The position numbers and the translations under genes are program-made. Positions 1 to 10,820 of a stretch of 64,000 nt of DNA are shown one piece after another; within the stretch, counting starts at the first letter, position 1; each line of letters opens with the position of its first letter. Source of the DNA: Piedraia hortae CBS 480.64. Taxonomy: Eukaryota. Below the pieces are notes generated by a model. It ran no database searches and had not been told where the DNA came from. It saw only the letters and a list, made by a program, of their open reading frames with translations. Location: positions 62,001-126,000 of the forward strand of contig MU005985.1 of the NCBI GenBank assembly GCA_010093745.1. Direction: 5' to 3'.

Positions 1-3000
1 TGCCACCAACAGCAGCCCCCGTGCCGTCATTGTCCTGCACAACACCCGCACCCAGAGGAGTCGTCGGGCTGAGTGGCCGAAGGGCAGAGAGGTTGCCGTC
101 ATCGCTGTCAGCCTTTTCGCCACGGTGGAACACTCGCTTGACAGCCGCAACAGGCATGACATCCTTCTTATCAGACAGACCAATCTGGTTGAACTTGACG
201 CCATAAAAGGCACGCACGTAGACCACCACGCCGAGGATAGCCGAAAGCACTGGCACGATGATGAACAGGCACCAGATGATCAGCTGCAAGTAACGATTTC
301 CGATCGGATGCAGGCGGTAGCGGTAATCACCGTCATTGAAGAGGATACGCCAACCAAGGTAGGGCGATGGTGGGCCCAGATCGGTGATGTTGGTGACCAG
401 CATCTGGAGGGAAGTTGGTGGAATGCGGTCGAGAACGGTATCGTTATCAACATCTCCAAAGGCATGGCTGACGTCTGGACTGCCATCCTTGGCCATACCC
501 CAGACGTTTAACTGGAACTGCGACGGCCATTCATCCATAAAGTCAAAGTTCCAGATGCCATGCTTGTCCTGGTGCATGCGGTTGGGCCTGCCCGCGTCGT
601 AGCCGTACTGATTGAAGCTGCCATGGACAAACATGTGCGGGAAGCGGCGAACGGGATGCTTGCTGCCAACAACATCACCTTCAACCATGTGGTCGCTGCT
701 CCCGGCAGCCGAAGACCAATATTGCACTTGAACGTGGTCACCCTTCCAACCCTGGCCTTTCTGGCCCTTCCACTCCTGCGCTGGCAGTGCAACGCGGCCC
801 GGCTTGTAAGGCATCCAATCAGACCAGACGGCTCCAAACGACATGCTGAAGCGCCACTTGTCGGCACCGGGAGCCTTGTGCTGGATGTAAAAGCCGGAGA
901 AGTCCTTTGACACTGGGTGGCTATCGATTGAACGAGTAGTCTTGTCATTGCGGTACAGAAGTGACGTGCTGTAATTGGCAGACTTGGGGAAGACAAGCGG
1001 GTTATCGGCATGGCCTACACGAAGCATAAAGTGGTTGCGGCCACCGGTGCTACCGTTACCGGCTTGAGTGGTCATATTGTCGACTGTGAGAACGTGGATG
1101 CCATCATACACGTCTTTGAGGGAAAATTTGGCACGCCACACCGACGGGACCGGACCATGGTAGTAGGTCTCGTTGATGGCATCAATTGACAGACAGTCCA
1201 TGGTGCTCTCATCCACCGTTGCATTGGTGTTCTGCTCCGTGTGAGACGTAACGCTTAATGCATTCTTCAGTCCATTGCAGTCCATGGGCTGAGAGAAGCG
1301 AATCTCGACATCTACAGACATGGAGCCACCGACAGACGCCGCCGACAGGATACGGGCATCGTGTCCCGGCAAGAACTTTGTGATGACGGGAGACGGCTCA
1401 GACCATTCATCAATGGGCACAAACGCCTTCCACCCGTACATAGGCATGTCCACCGACTTGAGACAACCGGTGGAAAGGCCGTCGTACTCGGCAATATCAA
1501 CCTTGCGGCCCGATTTGTCCAACGTATACTCCTCAAACGGATACACAAGGTTCTTCACAGTCGTGCCGTCTTGGAAGGGCGCCACAATGGCATCATGGCT
1601 GTCACAGTCTCCTGAATACGTGCGGGAGCCGTTGTAGTTGGTATAAAGCATCCAGACCGGCTGGTTCCCGTGGCCCTTGCCGTCAAGGTCTTGGGCGCCA
1701 GGGATGCGAGCGCGGAAGACGCTCCAGAGACCCGTCTCTGTGGGCGTATTGAACGAGCCCGGAAGAGTGTAGTTAAATGTCTGGTTGGAAAGCTGCGTTA
1801 GATTCCAGCCATCGTTGAGGACTGGATAGCGATCTCGGAGCTCAAACATGTGCTTCAAAAAGCCGTAGAGCGGCGCAGAGGGATCGCGGTGGTCGAGACT
1901 GACGCTGTCGTCCTGGCAGCCGTGACGTGTGCTGTTGAATGGCGCATTGTGCAAATTGATGTCTTCCACGTAATGGCAGCCGTGATTCTGCCACGCCTGG
2001 GCCGAAGACATGGCCTGTCTGCCATAGACGTAGTTGGTGGCTGTGTTATCAAGGACATAAAACGCCTGTTCCTCGCCCCAGCTGATCAGAGGGATGCCCG
2101 GCATGAGGAGCGTGACTACAAAATGGGCCAGAATCTGCCGCTCAGTGCCGTTGGTGAGGCCTGGCCAACGCAGAACGTCCTGATTGGAGGCACCGTACAT
2201 GTGGCGGGGGTCAAATTGGCCCGTATTGGCGTTAATCATGTCGTTTGTCTCGAGAAAGGTGCCCCATTGCTCTTGGAAATTAGGCGGAGCATCGTGTGCA
2301 GCCAACAAATTACCGTCAAGGCCCAAGAAACGCATGAGTCCACGGTACACCGAGTAATGGAAAGCCGCCGAATCGAGTGCTTGGTGACCCCAGTCGCGGA
2401 TGTAGCGGGAAGTATTTGTGATGGTGGCCGCTGTTTGGTTCATGTATGCCATTTCCGGCTCAAGCCCACGACCCAGATAGATGGCGCCGTTTGCATTGCC
2501 GTTGACGATTTCACCCGTCACCATGAAGTTGTACTTGCCCACATTACGTGCACACTCCCGCTGGAAGTTTGAGAAATTGCCAAGAGCATCCACTGTGATT
2601 TGCATGGCCTTGTCCATACGCCAGCCATCAATGTCTAGGCCCTGGATTACCATGCACGAGAAATGGTTAATCTTCTCCAGCACATCAGGCTTCCACTCCC
2701 GCAGACGGTCCTGGACGCCGTTGAACTTGGACAGCTGCTTCTGCCACTCGGGATAAACGCCAAACGCTCCGACTTCGCCGTACTGGTCGAATTCGCTGTC
2801 CATGCAGCCAACCATTTGCGTCGTGTTCTCGTCATTGATGCGGTGGCCGCCTTGGTCCCAAAACCGCGGGTATTCGAACGTGCACGTGTCCTCAAACTTG
2901 TTGGAAAAGGTGTAGTCGCGGTAGATGGTGTCAGACTTGTACGACATCTTGTGCTCGGTAAAAGACCATGGCGCGCTGGAGTTATGGTAGCCCTGGAAGG

Positions 3001-3547
3001 CGAACAGATCCGACATGGTAGCCATGGTGTTGTCAAACACGACGTACATGCCGCGGTCATGAATGGCCTGGATGCACTCGCGCCATTGCTGGATGGTACC
3101 CAGATGCTGATCGAGGATGGTGTGGTCATAGGGCGAGTATTGATCAGCTTCCCACGGATGATTTAGGAGCGCACTTCCGACCAAATAGATGCCGCGGATT
3201 CCTAGCCCGTAGAGATAATCCAGGGAATCCTGCAGCCCACGCACATCGCCGCCGTGTCGTAGCTGCGTGCTATACATGTCATGCTCCCAAGAGGTTCCAT
3301 TGATATTGTCATTAGATGGGTCGCCGTTGACGTAGCGATCTGGAAAGAAGCTGTAGAACGGCATGCGCCAGTTGTCCGGGCTTGGCTGGTACTTGTGGTC
3401 GCTCGGCCATGATGGAGCGCGGTACTGGAGCGGATTCTTTGCGTCCTTGTTGGTGTTTAGGTTCCAGTCTACATAGGCCTCGTCGTACCACGACGCCGCC
3501 GCGAGCGCCGCGAGCGCCGCAAACAACCCGCACAACTTCCACCCCAT
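1..3547 (-). CDS. ags1: Cell-wall alpha-1,3-glucan synthase, N-terminal part (runs off the left edge)
   Basis: Manual translation from the ATG at 3547 gives a signal peptide (MGWKLCGLFAALAALAAA), then WNLNTNKDAKNPLQY..PSPDNWRMPFYSFFPDRYVNGDPSND..LRHGGDVRGLQDSLDYL..YVVFDNTMATMSDL, the extracellular GH13-like domain of Ags proteins. A TM helix (NRYLQLIIWCLFIIVPVLSAILGVVVYV) at about 215-300 is in the same frame. The gene is missing from the ORF track because no stop lies in the window. Confidence 0.93.
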   Translation of the reverse strand, partial: MGWKLCGLFAALAALAAASWYDEAYVDWNLNTNKDAKNPLQYRAPSWPSDHKYQPSPDNWRMPFYSFFPDRYVNGDPSNDNINGTSWEHDMYSTQLRHGGDVRGLQDSLDYLYGLGIRGIYLVGSALLNHPWEADQYSPYDHTILDQHLGTIQQWRECIQAIHDRGMYVVFDNTMATMSDLFAFQGYHNSSAPWSFTEHKMSYKSDTIYRDYTFSNKFEDTCTFEYPRFWDQGGHRINDENTTQMVGCMDSEFDQYGEVGAFGVYPEWQKQLSKFNGVQDRLREWKPDVLEKINHFSCMVIQGLDIDGWRMDKAMQITVDALGNFSNFQRECARNVGKYNFMVTGEIVNGNANGAIYLGRGLEPEMAYMNQTAATITNTSRYIRDWGHQALDSAAFHYSVYRGLMRFLGLDGNLLAAHDAPPNFQEQWGTFLETNDMINANTGQFDPRHMYGASNQDVLRWPGLTNGTERQILAHFVVTLLMPGIPLISWGEEQAFYVLDNTATNYVYGRQAMSSAQAWQNHGCHYVEDINLHNAPFNSTRHGCQDDSVSLDHRDPSAPLYGFLKHMFELRDRYPVLNDGWNLTQLSNQTFNYTLPGSFNTPTETGLWSVFRARIPGAQDLDGKGHGNQPVWMLYTNYNGSRTYSGDCDSHDAIVAPFQDGTTVKNLVYPFEEYTLDKSGRKVDIAEYDGLSTGCLKSVDMPMYGWKAFVPIDEWSEPSPVITKFLPGHDARILSAASVGGSMSVDVEIRFSQPMDCNGLKNALSVTSHTEQNTNATVDESTMDCLSIDAINETYYHGPVPSVWRAKFSLKDVYDGIHVLTVDNMTTQAGNGSTGGRNHFMLRVGHADNPLVFPKSANYSTSLLYRNDKTTRSIDSHPVSKDFSGFYIQHKAPGADKWRFSMSFGAVWSDWMPYKPGRVALPAQEWKGQKGQGWKGDHVQVQYWSSAAGSSDHMVEGDVVGSKHPVRRFPHMFVHGSFNQYGYDAGRPNRMHQDKHGIWNFDFMDEWPSQFQLNVWGMAKDGSPDVSHAFGDVDNDTVLDRIPPTSLQMLVTNITDLGPPSPYLGWRILFNDGDYRYRLHPIGNRYLQLIIWCLFIIVPVLSAILGVVVYVRAFYGVKFNQIGLSDKKDVMPVAAVKRVFHRGEKADSDDGNLSALRPLSPTTPLGAGVVQDNDGTGAAVGG

Positions 3548-5038
3548 TGCCACGTGTGTGCGCCAAAACTCTACGCCCTCGGTCCAGCGAGGCGATCAGG
3601 TGAAAGGGGAAGAGCGGCGTGCGGAGGGGAGCATCAGTTGGTTCAAGTATATCAAAGGGCCGTTAGGTTCGTATTAAAAAGCAGAGCGAACGTGGGGCTT
3701 GCAGTCGTCCAAGAGGCGAACGGGCGAACGAGGAAAGGTGCGGGTCCAACTTAGCTACGAGTTCCGACAGAGTGGGAGGCCAAAAAAGAGATTTGACCGG
3801 CCCAGAAGGAGGATCGGCGAGCGAGGGACTGACTGGCGGTCACGGGGGACGCGGGGTGGTCGCGATAACCCATGTTTACAGTAATTTGGCGGCGAGTCTC
3901 GCGGCACTCTTGGTCTGCATTTTCAACTTTTCCGTGACATCCTTTCCCAAACCGGCCTAGCGTCATGCTCGTGGAGGGACGGGGCCGGGTGCCCCTGAGC
4001 GGGAGACCCACCCGTGGGTCCAACGCCTTTCCGTGGTCCAACGGGGAGGCAGCTGAGCAAAGGGTCTTCCTGCCACGGCTTCACGTTGCATGGTGAAAGC
4101 GTGTGGCGCCGAAATGCGATTTGAAGAATGTTCCGCCAAATCTGGCCCGCTGCCTGGCCGTCGTGTTGCACATGTAGCGTTTCAGCGCAAGTGTCGCGCA
4201 AATTGGCTTCTCACAACGGTGGGGTGGCGGCGCCCTCGGCAGCATCCGAGTCCGTCCTGGTTGTGGCTGCAGCTGTATGGGCTCTGCATGTGCCCGTAAA
4301 TCTTCTCGACTATCAGCTCGAGATGAGATCATCCACTGCATTTTGCCGGTGTTGATGGAAGTAATATCAACTGCATTGAAGCCGATACTAATCGCTTCTG
4401 CAGCTGATGAGGCAAACAGCCAACGAACAGCCCATAACTGTCTGAGCCAAAATCCCGATTTGCACACACACTCGCCTAACACGTTTCCTTTGCCACTCCC
4501 AACTTCTTCTCTTCTCTTCTTCCAGATTGTTAACCTATCTAACCCTAATCATAATCCTGGCACGTCCGCCCGGCACCGTTTCATCCATGCACCCGGTGGC
4601 GCGAGCAAAAAAACTCTGCGCAAAACCTTTCTCTTCCCATATTTAGATTATCGGCAATGGGGGACTCGATTTCGTATCATAACCCATTGTCCTTCGCCAC
4701 CAATGGATGCCACAATGGCTTTGACCGATACGAATGGCGAAAACGAGGCTTCAACGTCTTGTTGGTCTACAGGTTTCAAACATTTCCTCCCAGGCCCTAG
4801 CTCCGTCAAGCTCAGACTCAATCCCGGTTCCCTATCATGATGTTCGTCTCGTCATCGCAACGATTGGCAGGCCACGTCATTTTGGGCGGCAAAGTGAACT
4901 CACTCTCATCAGTTTACCCACGCGCGCGCCTATCTATTTCTATCAATGGAGCAATTTGTCCTCCAGTTTGGTTTTCTTTAACGTCTTCTTTCACTCTCTT
5001 GTTTCATTCTTGCATTTGTACACCCGTCTGTTCTCACC

Positions 5039-6889
5039 ATGCCTTCCTGGCAAATCTTAGCCGCCATTCTTTCACTTCTGCATCTTTGTTCTGCAGCGAC
5101 TGTTGACCAGTGGCGAAGTCGCTCCATTTACCAAGTCATCACCGACCGGTTCGCCCACAGTGATGGTACCCCCGCCCATCACATAAGCCCTTGTGCCGTT
5201 AATGACGGCTACTACTGCGGTGGAACATGGCGTGGCATCATGGCCCGTCTGGACTACATACAGGGAATGGGCTTCGACGCCATCTGGATCTCCCCTGTTG
5301 TGGCACAGGTGCCCCAGCGCACGGGCGACGGTGAATCGTACACGGCCTACTGGCAACAGGATCTGTACGCCCTCAATGACAAGTTCGGTACCCAAGAAGA
5401 TCTCAAGGCCCTTGTCGATGAGCTGCACCGTCGCGACATGTATCTGATGCTTGATATTGTCGTCAACCACATGGGATATGCCGGCGTCGGATGGGTTGTG
5501 GATTACAGCATCTTTAACCCTTTCAATGACCAAAAGTATTTCCATGACTACTGCACAATATCCGATCCCACCAACCAAAACGAGACTGAAATGTGCTGGC
5601 TTGGCGACTGGATGGTTTCTCTGGCTGATCTCCGTACCGAAGACGAAGAGGTTCAGGAAATGTTTGCGACTTGGATCGAGTCCATGGTCAGCAACTATTC
5701 CATTGATGGCCTGCGCATAGACACCAGCCTGAACGTCAATCCAGATTTCTTCACTGGCTTTGTTAAGGCTGCCGGCGTCTTTGCTACTGGCGAGGTGATG
5801 CAAGGCGACACGTCGATTGCCTGCCGATGGTCAGACACGATTGGAAGCATTCTTAACTATCCCATCTATTACCCTCTCACTCGTGCCTTCCAGAGCAGCG
5901 AAGGGAGCATCAACGATCTTGTTGAAACCATTCAATCAGTCAAGGATCATTGCGGCGACCCGACCGTCCTGGGCTCCTTCTCCGAGAACCACGATGTGCC
6001 ACGCTTCAGGAATTACACCAACGACCTCGCCCTTGCCAAGAACATCATCACTTATACCATCATGGCTGACGGCATTCCCATCATCTACCAAGGCCAGGAA
6101 CAGCGTATGAACGGTGACATCACTCCCTACTTCAACCGCGCACCTCTATGGGAAGGGAACGGCTTCGATACCGAATCTCCACTCTACGGGCACATCCGCA
6201 CCTTGAACAACTTCCGCCAACACGCCATCCGCACAAGCAAAAACTACACCCTCTACATGACCGAGGTCATCTTCCAAGATATGCACTCCCTAGCCCTGCG
6301 CAAGGGCTTCGACGGAAGCCAAGTCATCACCGTTCTCAACAACAACGGCCGAACAGCAGACTACTTCGAGCTTCCCATCACCAATCATGGCTTCGATTCG
6401 GGAACAAAACTAACCGAAATCCTCACGTGCGCCGAGCTGACCGTCAACGCATCTGGCTACATCAACGTCCCCATGTTCGCCGGCACACCTAAAATCCTCT
6501 ATCCATCAAGCCTCCTAACTAACACCTCCCTCTGCGGTACCCCCTCCGCCGACGAACCCACCCTAACTTCAATCACATCTTCCGTAACCGCCACCCTTCA
6601 CGGCTACCCAACCGTCATGCCAACCGTGCAGGTAACCCCCGTCCCCGTGCCGACACACGGCGGCGGCCCACCACCCTTCATCCCCCACCCACAAGGCCCA
6701 GCAGGAAATAACTGCACGGACAGCAATTGTCACGGACACGACCACAAGCGACCTCTAGGCGACAGCGACGCAGTCGGCCCGCCAATCCCATTCGCCGTTT
6801 CTGCAGCCATGCTCGCCACGGCCGTTTCTGCCCTACCGACACACGTGGCAAGACATCTTACGCGTGCGGCGCGGGGACTAATGCAATGA
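5039..6889 (+). CDS. Secreted or anchored GH13 alpha-amylase / 4-alpha-glucanotransferase (AmyD/AgtA-like), 616 aa, intronless
   Basis: Signal peptide, WRSRSIYQVITDRF, and GH13 regions DIVVNH, GLRIDT, GEV and SENHD. A Ser/Thr/Pro-rich stalk and a hydrophobic C-terminal segment follow. Divergent from ags1. Confidence 0.9.
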   Translation: MPSWQILAAILSLLHLCSAATVDQWRSRSIYQVITDRFAHSDGTPAHHISPCAVNDGYYCGGTWRGIMARLDYIQGMGFDAIWISPVVAQVPQRTGDGESYTAYWQQDLYALNDKFGTQEDLKALVDELHRRDMYLMLDIVVNHMGYAGVGWVVDYSIFNPFNDQKYFHDYCTISDPTNQNETEMCWLGDWMVSLADLRTEDEEVQEMFATWIESMVSNYSIDGLRIDTSLNVNPDFFTGFVKAAGVFATGEVMQGDTSIACRWSDTIGSILNYPIYYPLTRAFQSSEGSINDLVETIQSVKDHCGDPTVLGSFSENHDVPRFRNYTNDLALAKNIITYTIMADGIPIIYQGQEQRMNGDITPYFNRAPLWEGNGFDTESPLYGHIRTLNNFRQHAIRTSKNYTLYMTEVIFQDMHSLALRKGFDGSQVITVLNNNGRTADYFELPITNHGFDSGTKLTEILTCAELTVNASGYINVPMFAGTPKILYPSSLLTNTSLCGTPSADEPTLTSITSSVTATLHGYPTVMPTVQVTPVPVPTHGGGPPPFIPHPQGPAGNNCTDSNCHGHDHKRPLGDSDAVGPPIPFAVSAAMLATAVSALPTHVARHLTRAARGLMQ

Positions 6890-7849
6890 TGAGGTCATGC
6901 ATTTTGTTGGTTTATGTGGCGGACGTTGGGTTTTTGGGTGTGGTGGCGGGAAAAAGAAAATGTAACTTGGATGTGACAGCTGCAGGACGGCAATGAAGGT
7001 TATGATTTTTGTTGTTTGTATATATGAAAAGCGGTGCATTTGCTGTTGTTAGGTGTTGTTTAGAGTGGGGTCTGGATGTATAGCTGTTCGTGGAATGTGT
7101 TGCGGTTGAGATCATCATACATGAGTCTACAATTACTTCTTACCCTCGCCCAGGTTATTCATCTGAAGAACATACGCTTCTCCCCCAACTTCCAACGGTA
7201 GTCATATAGATGAAAGCCACCTCGCAGCAACCACCTCACCCGCGCATTAAACAATTTTCCCTGCGAAGGTAACAAGTCAGCTTTTGTGAAACGATATACA
7301 TCATCTGAATTGGGGAGGACAAGGGTCTGCTTGCGAGTATGTAGGCTTTTCTTTGGTGGAGGCCTGAAATGGGCTTGATCTCAGAAACTATTTCTACTTT
7401 GAGCAAAATACCTGATGCAATTTCGTGGGACCGCTGCACATCATCACCGCAATCCCGCAAGAACAGTAGAGCGGGATATGCCCATATCTTTCTCAGGCTG
7501 ATCAAGTGGGAACTTCGAAAGCATGGCTCTTCTCTCGTTGTGAAGCCGAACGCAATTAAGGGGCTTTGGTGGTCAAAATCCCCCTCGAATTCGAGTCATT
7601 GTAACATTCCACATCACCCTACCTACCTCTACATCGCAAACTCTATCCAAAAAATTCCCCTCCACACAATACAAATCTACCCCTCACATAACCGTATCAT
7701 CTACCCAAAATATCCTAGCGCCAATATACTATCCCTATCGCAGCGTGACTCACCCTTTCATACCAAATTATGTAACCCCACCACAACCTCACAAAAAATC
7801 CAAGGAACCCACCAACAAAATCCCACCACCCAACCAATCAACCAATCCA

Positions 7850-8980
7850 ATGCCCCCCTGTGCCTCCTGCCACACCTCCCGCGCCCAAATCCTCCGCCCC
7901 CGTAACTCAACCCGGCTCTGCTCGTCCTGCTTCCTCGTTACCTTCGAATCCGAAATCCTCACCACCATCAAGACCCACTCCCTCTTCGCCCCCCACGAAA
8001 AAATCGCAATCGGCGCCTCAGGCGGGAAAGACAGCACCGTCCTCGCGTCCGTCCTCTCTACCCTCAACACGCGCCACAACCTCAACCTTAACTTAACCCT
8101 CCTCTCCATCGACGAGGGGATAACAGGCTACCGCGACCATAGCCTTGACGCTGTACGGCGGAATAGTGAGGTACTCAACCTTCCGTTGAAGGTCCTGAGT
8201 TACGAGGAGTTGTATCAAGGCTGGTCGATGGATAGGGTGGTAAGTGCGATGGGGAGGCAGAGGAATTGTACTTATTGTGGGGTTTTTAGAAGACAGGCGT
8301 TGGATAGAGGGGCGGCGATGTTGGGAGTGAGGCATGTGGTTACGGGTCATAATGCTGATGATCTTGCGGAGACGGTTGTTATGAATTTGTTGAGGGGAGA
8401 CGTTGCGCGGTTGGGGAGGGGGGGGGAGGTCGTTACTAGGACGGGGAGGGGGTCAGAGGTGGAGGTGGAGGGGGAGAAAGTGCATTGCACAGAGGTCAAG
8501 AGAAGCAAGCCGCTGATGTATGCGTATGAGAAAGAGATTGTGATGTACGCGCATCATAAGGGACTAGAATATTTTAGTACAGAGTGTACGTACTCGCCGG
8601 AAGCGTTTCGGGGATCGGCGAGGACGTTGGTTAAGAATCTTGAGAGGATACGCCCCAGGGCGATTTTGGATTTGGTGAATTCGGGTAGGGAGATTGCCAA
8701 GTTGGTGCCGGATAGGGATCGGGGTGGAGGGGAGCAGGAGGAGGAGGGGACGAGGGGATGTGGGAAGGTCAAGGCTGGGCAGATGGATCTTGGGGCTGTT
8801 GTGGACGAAAGTAAGGAAATGGATGTTGGAAGGACGAAGAAGCAGAAGTTGGGACGGTGTGAGAGGTGTGGATACCTTTCTTCCCAGAGGATCTGTAAAG
8901 CGTGCGATTTGCTAGAGGGGCTGAATAAGACGAAGGCAAAGGTTGGGATTGAGATTGAGTTGGAGACGGAGGTTAAGTGA
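7850..8980 (+). CDS. NCS6: Cytoplasmic tRNA 2-thiolation protein 1 (Ncs6/Ctu1)
   Basis: N-terminal CxxC pairs, PP-loop SGGKDS, NCTYCGVFRRQALDRGA, TGHNADD, KPLMYAYEKEIV, ECTYSPEAFRG and C-terminal CERCGY..CKAC. First ATG is at 7850. Confidence 0.95.
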   Translation: MPPCASCHTSRAQILRPRNSTRLCSSCFLVTFESEILTTIKTHSLFAPHEKIAIGASGGKDSTVLASVLSTLNTRHNLNLNLTLLSIDEGITGYRDHSLDAVRRNSEVLNLPLKVLSYEELYQGWSMDRVVSAMGRQRNCTYCGVFRRQALDRGAAMLGVRHVVTGHNADDLAETVVMNLLRGDVARLGRGGEVVTRTGRGSEVEVEGEKVHCTEVKRSKPLMYAYEKEIVMYAHHKGLEYFSTECTYSPEAFRGSARTLVKNLERIRPRAILDLVNSGREIAKLVPDRDRGGGEQEEEGTRGCGKVKAGQMDLGAVVDESKEMDVGRTKKQKLGRCERCGYLSSQRICKACDLLEGLNKTKAKVGIEIELETEVK

Positions 8981-9252
8981 TGAAATGATGGGCTCATGGT
9001 GAAAGTAAGCATTGCCCTCAAGGACATCCAAATGTGTGGGCCCAAAAGAGGAGTCATCTGCTGAGTCGACGAGAAAGACAAACACCGTTCAGGATGAGAT
9101 ACCAGGGACGAAAATGAAGACAGGCATTCTGATAGGGATAAAGTATGTACTTTTCACATTGCCATCATACAGTCGTATCAATCAATACCCGCAACTCCTC
9201 GCTATGCATCAACAATGTGCTTTTCATGCTTTCAAACATTCATAGTCTATTT

Positions 9253-10467
9253 TTAAAGGTTCCATCCAGGCAAGAACCTGGCGAGGAAACTGCCCGCTCC
9301 TGTAGTTTTCTGCTTCTTCGCCGGCTGCTGGTCGTCTCCGCTCGCATGTAGTTGTCTGACACGAGTATTTTTGACAGGAGTGACAGTCATGGCCTTTGCA
9401 GCAAGTGGCATCTGATTCTCATCGCAGTCATCAGAGTAGATCTGCACACTGACATCGTCGTCGCGTACGACCGCCACGTGAGGAGAAGCGATGCTTGACG
9501 GGGAAGAGGTAGAGATTGACTGCACCGAGATGAAAGATCGGGATCGGGTGCGGTTTGAGGGCGAAAGTGATGGGGTCCGAGAAGGCGGAGCGCGAGATGA
9601 ACCCCGTGAGATGGTGCTGCGCGAAGGAGCGCGAGATGAAGGCGCTCGAGACGATCCGCGAGAAATCATGGGGCCGTGCGAGGTCGCAAGAAGGGCTCGC
9701 GGGATAGGGCGCAGGGAATTCTCGTTGCGAAACACCTCTGGACGTGCCGGACGAGTGGGAACGGTCTTGATGACTGCCACTGCTGGGGCCTGGGCTGACT
9801 GCTGCCGTTCGATGACTGCCGAATATTGCTGTTGTTCCATCTTGGCCAGTTGCATGCACAGACGTTCCTGCTCCGCTTTACGGGCTTCTTTCTCCCGAAT
9901 TGGCAAGAGGAAGGGATCCAGATGCCAATAAAGATCGTGCTCGCTGATGCGGAGGTTGAAGTCCAGGAGGCCCATCAGCTGCACCTCCATCGTGTTCACC
10001 TCTCCGTTGCTGAAGCCAAAATCTGGGTAGCCAGGGACGTTGGTGTACATTGCCCAGTAGACATTTTTAGGCGAGCAGTCGTTGAGGTACTTCGCAGCAA
10101 GGATCAGAGCTGCAAGAAAGATGCGGTGGGCAGTGCAACGGATTCCCTTGGCGTTTGGAGGCAGACGCTGGCGCAGTCGGGCGAGATAGACCAGCGTGGT
10201 CATCAGAGTAGAGACACGAACGCGCGATTGCCTGACGAGGTTGGTGATGAATTCAGGAAGAGGAGGCAGGCTAGATTGGGAGCTGGGAGGCGTGTGTGGA
10301 GGAGTCAGAGGAGCCTCAACCGGAGCTTGTCCATCACATCGAATGACGCGAGAGGCGTGCCGGGCCAGATGCGTAATCATCTCTGGAGTAACAGGAGAAC
10401 GAATGAAACGCTCCAGGGCTGCGGCGTTCTGGGCATCGGTGGGATCCATATCAGAAGTGTAGGACAT
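9253..10467 (-). CDS. Pho85-type G1 cyclin (Pcl1/2 family)
   Basis: Cyclin N domain LPEFITNLVRQSRV..TLMTTLVYLARL..HRIFLAALILAAKYLNDCSPKN..EVNTMEVQLMGLLDFNL, then a Ser/Arg-rich tail. Start assigned to the ATG at 10467. A probable 5'UTR intron lies at about 10503-10545. Confidence 0.9.
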   Translation of the reverse strand: MSYTSDMDPTDAQNAAALERFIRSPVTPEMITHLARHASRVIRCDGQAPVEAPLTPPHTPPSSQSSLPPLPEFITNLVRQSRVRVSTLMTTLVYLARLRQRLPPNAKGIRCTAHRIFLAALILAAKYLNDCSPKNVYWAMYTNVPGYPDFGFSNGEVNTMEVQLMGLLDFNLRISEHDLYWHLDPFLLPIREKEARKAEQERLCMQLAKMEQQQYSAVIERQQSAQAPAVAVIKTVPTRPARPEVFRNENSLRPIPRALLATSHGPMISRGSSRAPSSRAPSRSTISRGSSRAPPSRTPSLSPSNRTRSRSFISVQSISTSSPSSIASPHVAVVRDDDVSVQIYSDDCDENQMPLAAKAMTVTPVKNTRVRQLHASGDDQQPAKKQKTTGAGSFLARFLPGWNL

Positions 10468-10791
10468 GTTGGCTGCTGCAGCTGAGTGTAGAGCTTTCTT
10501 AACTGAACAGAAACAATAGTTGGTGGCTGACACAATGGTCAGTACTTGACTCAAGGCTGATTATGATTGTGAATGCTCCAGGCAGTTCCAAAAGTACCCC
10601 TGCGTCAAGTAGATCGACGGCTAGGTGAATAGAGAAAGCAAGCAGAACGAAAGGGTGCCGCCAGCGACAGTGATGAAGCAGAGAGGGGAAAGGGGCCTTT
10701 ATTGCAATCCCTCCCATCCATACCGGGGGCGGCGAACACCTTGCCGCCCCCGGCGTCGAAGGTGGTCTAAGTCAAGGCATGTAAGTGTCCA

Positions 10792-10820
10792 AACGCGCTA
10801 GAGACACGCGTTGTGATTGG
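10792..10820. promoter_or_regulatory. MCB-like elements (ACGCG; ACGCGT at 10806-10811) plus a CCAAT box upstream of the cyclin
   Basis: The motifs are visible in the sequence. Pcl1/2-type cyclins are G1/S-regulated in yeast, so function here is inferred. Confidence 0.35.

Noticed and set aside
125..3166. Plus-strand ORFs of 116-240 aa
   Set aside because: They are antisense shadows of the uninterrupted minus-strand ags1 frame.
4277..4840. 187-aa ORF in the ags1/amylase spacer
   Set aside because: It has no recognisable motifs and lies within the expected divergent promoter and UTRs.
7369..7905. 178-aa ORF upstream of NCS6 and the GTG-extended NCS6 start
   Set aside because: This is low-complexity C/A-rich promoter/UTR sequence, and NCS6 similarity begins at ATG 7850.
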